Shown piece after piece: positions 38,996-44,259 of a stretch of DNA of 44,259 bases (positions are counted from its first letter, which is position 1; every line of letters begins with the position of its first letter). The position numbers and the translations under genes are program-made. Below the pieces are notes generated by a model. The model was given only the letters and a program-made list of their open reading frames with translations, did no database searches and was not told the DNA's origin. Source of the DNA: Caldisericota bacterium (GTDB lineage: Bacteria; Caldisericota; Caldisericia; UBA6126); assembly GCA_003566815.1 (NCBI GenBank), contig PXBT01000214.1, positions 1-44,259 on the forward strand, written 5' to 3'.

Positions 38996-41353
38996 ATGAA
39001 AACCCTTATTTTGACCGAAAAACCCTCAGTTGCAAGAGACATTGCCAGGTCTTTGGGTGATTTTGAAAAAAATGAGCAATATCTAAGCTCTTCAGAATAT
39101 ATTATTACCTGGGCTTTTGGCCACCTCCTCGAACTATCAGAACCTGAAGACTATGACAAAAGTTACAAATTTTGGACCTTGCAAAAACTACCCATTATTC
39201 CAGAAAAATTTTCGTGGAAACCTATTGCTAAAACTGAAAAACAACTCAAACAAATCGCAAGCCTCATCAAAAAAAAAGAGGTAAAAACTGTTATAAATGC
39301 ATGTGACGCAGGCAGAGAGGGTGAGCTGATATTTAGAAACATCTTTGAATATAGCCAAAGTAAAAAGAAGCATCAACGCTTATGGCTTTCCTCCATGACC
39401 TCTGAAGCTATCAGCACAGCTTTTCAGAAGGTTCGTTCAGGAGAAGATTTTGATGATCTGGCTCAAGCTGCCAAATGCAGATCGGAAGCTGATTGGATGG
39501 TGGGAATCAATGCCACCCGAGCAGTTACTCGTCGCATGGGCGACCTTTTTTCCCTCGGTCGTGTTCAAACTCCCACTTTAGCAATTCTGGTGGATCGGGA
39601 AATTGAAATTCGCCAATTCATCCCTCGTTCTTTTTTTGAAATTGAGGCTCAGTTCAAGGCTGAAAAAATTATCTTTGAAGGAAAATGGCTGAACCCTGAT
39701 CCCAAAGAATCTTCACAACGCCATGAAATCGCTGACAAAACAACTGCAGAAAAAATTGTCAAAAAAATCGAAGGAAAAACTGGCTACATACAAAAAATTA
39801 CCCGCAAATCGGTCAAAGAACAGCACCCTCTGCTCTTTGACTTGACGGATTTGCAACGAGAAGCCAATCGTCGCTTTGGGTTAACCGCCAATAAAACCCT
39901 TTCCATTGCTCAATTCTTGTACGAAGAAAAAAAACTGCTGACTTATCCACGAACAGACAGTCGATATCTACCCTCAGATATGGAGAAGGAATTGCCCCAA
40001 ATTTTAAAGGCATTGTCTCATAGCTCATCGTTTGCCCCTCTCGTGAATAAAGCACAAGTCAGTCCAAAAAAACAAGGCAAAAGAGTTATTGACGACAAAA
40101 AAGTTTCCGACCATTTTGCCATCATTCCCACTAAAGAAAGACCTGATCTATCTCGACTTGATGCCACTGAATTAAAAGTTTACGATTTGGTGGTCCGTCG
40201 GTTTTTGTCTATCTTTTTTGATCCCGCGGAATATAAAGAATCAACTGTCCTTACTGAGATTGAAAATGAACTTTTTGAAAGCAAAGAAAAGATCCTTGTT
40301 CAGCCTGGTTATCGAATAGTTTACGGAGAAGAAGCCAAAACGCTTCACCTTGCTGGTCTTGAAAAAAATCAATCCGCAAAAACTCTTGCTACAAACACTG
40401 AAGAAAAAGAAACCAAACCTCGACCTCGATTTTCAGAAGCAACCCTCTTGACTGCCATGCAAACTGCAGGCAAATGGGTGGAAGAGGAAGAACTCAAAGA
40501 GGCTATTCAGGAGAAGGGTTTGGGCACCCCGGCAACGCGTGCCCAGATTATTGAACGACTGATACGCGTTCAATATTGCGAAAGAGTAGGTAAAGAGCTC
40601 GCCCCAACAGAAAAGGGAATGTTTTTAATACAACTACTCAAAACCGTCCCCATCCCCGAACTTTCTTCCCCTGAGCTTACGGGGATATGGGAAAAAAAAT
40701 TAATTGAAATTGAAAAAAAACAACTCTCTTCATCAAAATTTAAAAAAGAACTGATTCTTTTTACGGAAAATATAGTGGAAAAAATAAAAAAGGCTGACTT
40801 TGATGCCATGGAAGGAGCTGAAGTAGGCCCATGCCCTCAATGCAAGGCTCAAGTTACTGAGCGGGGAAGAAGTTTTCAATGCTCCAAAAAATGCGGCTTT
40901 AAATTCTCCAAACGCATCCTTTCAGGAGAGATCACTTGCGATATGGCCAAAGAGTTGTTGTCTGAAGGCAAAATAAGTCAACCTGCATGGTTCAAATCCC
41001 AACAAGGCAAAAAATTTCAAGCCTATTTAAAACTGGAAAAGAACGAAATCAAATTTGAATTTATAGATTACACAAAAATTGTTAATGATGAATCTTGTGG
41101 TTCCTGCCCCAAATGCAATGAATCTGTGCTTGAAAAAGTAAGCGCCTTTGAATGTTGTAATGAAAAATGTACTTTCAGGATCAGCAAAAAAATCTTGAGT
41201 AAAACCATTTCAAGAAAAAATATTGAAGATCTGCTTGAGCATAAAAAAACAAGCAAAAAGTTGTCAGGTTTCTGGTCAAAAAAAAGAAAGCCCTTTTCAG
41301 CTTATTTAATCCTGAAAGAAGATGGAAGTTTGGGTTTTGATTTCAGTCCTTAA
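38996..41353 (+). CDS. topB: DNA topoisomerase III (type IA) with C-terminal Cys-rich repeats
   Basis: EKPSVARDIA, DAGREGELI, RLW, GINATR, GRVQTPTL, TYPRTDS and LGTPATRA, plus C-terminal CPxC repeats. Confidence 0.93.
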   Translation: MKTLILTEKPSVARDIARSLGDFEKNEQYLSSSEYIITWAFGHLLELSEPEDYDKSYKFWTLQKLPIIPEKFSWKPIAKTEKQLKQIASLIKKKEVKTVINACDAGREGELIFRNIFEYSQSKKKHQRLWLSSMTSEAISTAFQKVRSGEDFDDLAQAAKCRSEADWMVGINATRAVTRRMGDLFSLGRVQTPTLAILVDREIEIRQFIPRSFFEIEAQFKAEKIIFEGKWLNPDPKESSQRHEIADKTTAEKIVKKIEGKTGYIQKITRKSVKEQHPLLFDLTDLQREANRRFGLTANKTLSIAQFLYEEKKLLTYPRTDSRYLPSDMEKELPQILKALSHSSSFAPLVNKAQVSPKKQGKRVIDDKKVSDHFAIIPTKERPDLSRLDATELKVYDLVVRRFLSIFFDPAEYKESTVLTEIENELFESKEKILVQPGYRIVYGEEAKTLHLAGLEKNQSAKTLATNTEEKETKPRPRFSEATLLTAMQTAGKWVEEEELKEAIQEKGLGTPATRAQIIERLIRVQYCERVGKELAPTEKGMFLIQLLKTVPIPELSSPELTGIWEKKLIEIEKKQLSSSKFKKELILFTENIVEKIKKADFDAMEGAEVGPCPQCKAQVTERGRSFQCSKKCGFKFSKRILSGEITCDMAKELLSEGKISQPAWFKSQQGKKFQAYLKLEKNEIKFEFIDYTKIVNDESCGSCPKCNESVLEKVSAFECCNEKCTFRISKKILSKTISRKNIEDLLEHKKTSKKLSGFWSKKRKPFSAYLILKEDGSLGFDFSP

Positions 41354-41369
41354 TTTTAGCTATTTTTTC

Positions 41370-41397
41370 TTGACAATCAGACAAAAATTACTATGAT
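41370..41397 (+). promoter_or_regulatory. Sigma70-type promoter for the S8 protease gene
   Basis: TTGACA-N16-TATGAT. Confidence 0.65.
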
Positions 41398-41447
41398 TTG
41401 CACTGAATAGTTTTGGTAATTATTTTGGTTTTTTTAGGGAGGACCGC

Positions 41448-44259
41448 ATGAAGCATATAAAAAAGTGGTTGGTATTATTTATTGCATTTTTACTCCTTGT
41501 TCCTCTTGGTGTTCACGAGGGAATCGCCAATCCGTCAGATCAACCCCAAAGACTTTTCAATATCAGGGTTGATACCCCAAGCGAAAGCATTGCGGAACAA
41601 GTACTGAACAGCGGCATCACCGTGATAGAAGAGTACCCCTCTTATATCTACGGCAGAGCCAATGAAACCCAGTTCAATCGACTACTGGACAGAAATTTTC
41701 AGGCTATTCGTCTTCCGGACACCAATGCAGTTTTTATTGCAGGACGCAAAATTTATCCCAAAAATGACGACTCCAAAGGATTTCATACATTTGATATCCC
41801 CCAGGGGCTGAAATCAAACGACCTTTTTGAGTCTCCCAATCGATACTACCTTGTCAAATTCCTCGGCCCCATGAAAAATGAATGGGTCAAAGACATCCAT
41901 TTTATAGGCGGAGACATAGTGGAGCACTATCAATACCATGCAGCTGTAGTCCGCATTGGCAAAAACGCTGTTTCTGAGTTGGAAAGCATGCCTTTTGTCA
42001 CTGCCATGACCGAGTATGCTCCAGCTTTCAAAATGCCCTTCAACTACCATGTCAAAGATGAAATGGTTTTCACTTTTGCTCTGGTTTGGAGAGGTGTTGA
42101 CCTGGGCATCCTGAAAGTGGATCTTGAAAAACAGGCCAATGCGCATGTTATTGCAGAAATGGAAATGGAAGATTTCAGCGTAGTGGTTCTTTATCTCAAT
42201 AAAATGGATATTTTTGATGTTGCGCGCATTCCTGATATCCAATACCTTGAATTTCCTCCCGATTTTTATCAACTCAAGCTCGATCGTGCCAGAGATATTA
42301 TTTGTCTTCATTTCATTGAACAAGGCTACGGGTTTACTCCTTCCTTCCCTGGTCAGCCTGATCCAGGTCCCCGATCTGTTGCCCAAAATGTCAACACCGG
42401 AGCCAATATCACTTTAAATGGAGCAGGCGAAATTGTCGCTGTTTTCGATAGCGGGGTGGACAGAGGAACCTTTACCGAAGGCAACCTTATTGAAGATTTC
42501 AGAGGTGGAGCTCTCATCCCGGTGGCCTACCATTACAGTCAGACCAAACCTCCCAGTTATCCCAACAATTATTATGGCAACACTTTTGCTGTTCGCTATT
42601 TTGCCTACGGGTTTGATTATGGACCTGCTCGGAGACAAACCCCTCTTTCTGCTCATACCTTTTCCGATATATGGGGGCACGGCACCGTAGTGGCAGGCAT
42701 TATTGCCGGTCGAGGTCGCGCCGCCAACAACCGACGCTATCGCGGGGTGGCACCCTCTGCTCGCCTCTTGATTCAAAAAATTACCGCCCCCTGGGCAAGA
42801 GACGATTACAGCCCTCCTCCACAATTTACCAGCGTTATGCCTCCACGATTGGAAAAACCATCCAAAGAACATCCCAACCTTCAGCGACCCGCCCTTTGGG
42901 ACCTTGGAGGACCCGACGCAGTGAATGAAGGATGGTATCCTCTTGATGCTGTGCCTTACAAATGGGATTTGGATCCTGTTCCCGGTCCTGATCTTCCTCC
43001 CGATCATGAAACTTCCGCTTATATCAGTTTTCATGATGTGCCCCAGGTAGCCGGCGAAGTCTATGGGCCTGAATTTGGAGGCTTGTGGGGTCCTGAAGAT
43101 GGCACAGCAAATCCTCCTTTTGCTCCCTGGTACGCCGGTGCTGCCGGAGCTTTCTTTTATGCGCTCAATGATGCCTTCAACGATGGAGCTCGCATCATGA
43201 ACAACAGCTGGTGGTGGTATTATCTTCGCACTCGTCAGGGTTATACTCCCGATCCAGGGTCTCCCCGCTTCAATACCTACGACTACAATATGATCTCCAA
43301 AATGACCGATGCCTTCCAGTTTACTCATCAAACCTTCCTGACTGTCTGGGCTGCCGGCGACAATGGGCGGGATCGTGATGGATCAGGTATCATTGATATC
43401 GGGCTCAACCTCAATGATGACTATACTTTTGGTGACCCCTGGGTGCATGGCGAAAATCAACAATTTTTTGCCCCCATGGCACTTAAAAATGGTATTACTG
43501 TAGGCGCTGTCGAAAACTATCGACCCGAAATCAATCTTTTTTATGGTCCGTCAGGTGGCATGCCTCGAGCCAATTATGGGCTTTTCCGAAGAGACGACGA
43601 TCATCTTCCTCGCCATGTAGGCGTTATGGCAGGCGCCAAGGTTGCTGACGGCAATCGACCTCCCAACCGCAAAGAAAATGAATATGATATGGATTATTTT
43701 GATCAATATGACGCTCTCAGCAACTATTGGAGAGATCAGACCAAATTTTTAAATCCTCCTGATCCCGATGATCCAAACTGGCAACCTGACTTTATCAAGG
43801 AAACCGATGGCAAATTTGCCATGTGGGCTCTCAGCACCCGTGGCCCCTCCTCAGATGGTCGCATCAAGCCCGATTTGGTAGCCCCCGGAAGCATGATCAT
43901 CGGACCTCAGTCTTCCTATGTTGGAAATTCTGCAGGCAACAACCCCGCTTATCCTTTTGAATATGGCTATCCCGGAGCTTATGGAGATGTTCCCAATTTC
44001 AACCCCCAGCCAGCTCCAGATGGTTATGTTTATATGAGCGGCACTTCCATGTCCGCTGCTTTTGTATCAGGCGCTGCCGCTTTGGTACGTCAATTTTATC
44101 GCCAGGTTCATGATGTGGATCAAGAGGGAGTGCCCAGTCCTTCTTCATCGCTTATCAAGGCCACCTTGATTCACGGCGCCACCAATATGGCCGAAGAAGG
44201 TTATCCCAATCAATACGATATTATTGAGCCAGGAAATTTGATCAACAAACAATACAGCG
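41448..44259 (+). CDS. Large secreted S8 subtilase (Kp43-like), truncated by the window edge
   Basis: Absent from the ORF track because it has no stop in the window. SD GGAGG and signal peptide MKHIKKWLVLFIAFLLLV. In-frame motifs: GAGEIVAVFDSG (Asp 42447), GHGTVVAG (His 42678), ARIMNNSW, RGPSSDGRIKPDLVAPG, SGTSM (Ser 44046) and LIKATLIHGA. Confidence 0.93.
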   Translation, partial: MKHIKKWLVLFIAFLLLVPLGVHEGIANPSDQPQRLFNIRVDTPSESIAEQVLNSGITVIEEYPSYIYGRANETQFNRLLDRNFQAIRLPDTNAVFIAGRKIYPKNDDSKGFHTFDIPQGLKSNDLFESPNRYYLVKFLGPMKNEWVKDIHFIGGDIVEHYQYHAAVVRIGKNAVSELESMPFVTAMTEYAPAFKMPFNYHVKDEMVFTFALVWRGVDLGILKVDLEKQANAHVIAEMEMEDFSVVVLYLNKMDIFDVARIPDIQYLEFPPDFYQLKLDRARDIICLHFIEQGYGFTPSFPGQPDPGPRSVAQNVNTGANITLNGAGEIVAVFDSGVDRGTFTEGNLIEDFRGGALIPVAYHYSQTKPPSYPNNYYGNTFAVRYFAYGFDYGPARRQTPLSAHTFSDIWGHGTVVAGIIAGRGRAANNRRYRGVAPSARLLIQKITAPWARDDYSPPPQFTSVMPPRLEKPSKEHPNLQRPALWDLGGPDAVNEGWYPLDAVPYKWDLDPVPGPDLPPDHETSAYISFHDVPQVAGEVYGPEFGGLWGPEDGTANPPFAPWYAGAAGAFFYALNDAFNDGARIMNNSWWWYYLRTRQGYTPDPGSPRFNTYDYNMISKMTDAFQFTHQTFLTVWAAGDNGRDRDGSGIIDIGLNLNDDYTFGDPWVHGENQQFFAPMALKNGITVGAVENYRPEINLFYGPSGGMPRANYGLFRRDDDHLPRHVGVMAGAKVADGNRPPNRKENEYDMDYFDQYDALSNYWRDQTKFLNPPDPDDPNWQPDFIKETDGKFAMWALSTRGPSSDGRIKPDLVAPGSMIIGPQSSYVGNSAGNNPAYPFEYGYPGAYGDVPNFNPQPAPDGYVYMSGTSMSAAFVSGAAALVRQFYRQVHDVDQEGVPSPSSSLIKATLIHGATNMAEEGYPNQYDIIEPGNLINKQYS

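Noticed and set aside
41814..43331. Long minus-strand ORFs (190 and 305 aa)
   Set aside because: They are antisense shadows of the S8 protease frame and carry no recognisable motifs.

Overview
An AT-rich bacterial chromosomal segment made up mostly of housekeeping genes: queA, rarA, pckA-like, ligA, purE-purC, lepA, glmU-prs-rplY, glyQ-glyS-ppdK-dnaG-rpoD, topB, and four dispersed tRNAs (Asn, Gln, Val, Ala). These are interspersed with large secreted or surface proteins: an SBBP beta-propeller protein, an FG-GAP/transglutaminase/copper-amine-oxidase-stalk fusion, a DUF5050 lipoprotein and a very large S8 protease that runs off the right edge. A 7TM-PAS histidine kinase runs off the left edge. 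The host may be an anaerobe such as a Caldisericia-like organism, but this is a weak inference from the stalk domain and gene content. The best leads are: (1) an HUH/Y1 RAYT-like transposase bounded by imperfect GGGGAC-core inverted repeats, one of which encodes the C-terminus of an adjacent nuclease-DinG helicase; (2) a DnaA-box cluster between purE and lepA with no dnaA in the window; (3) a secreted protein with a PNGase-like Cys-His-Asp core; and (4) a subtilase with Asp in place of the oxyanion-hole Asn. No CRISPR array, prophage, integrase or rRNA was seen. All family calls come from motif recognition by eye, not database searches.
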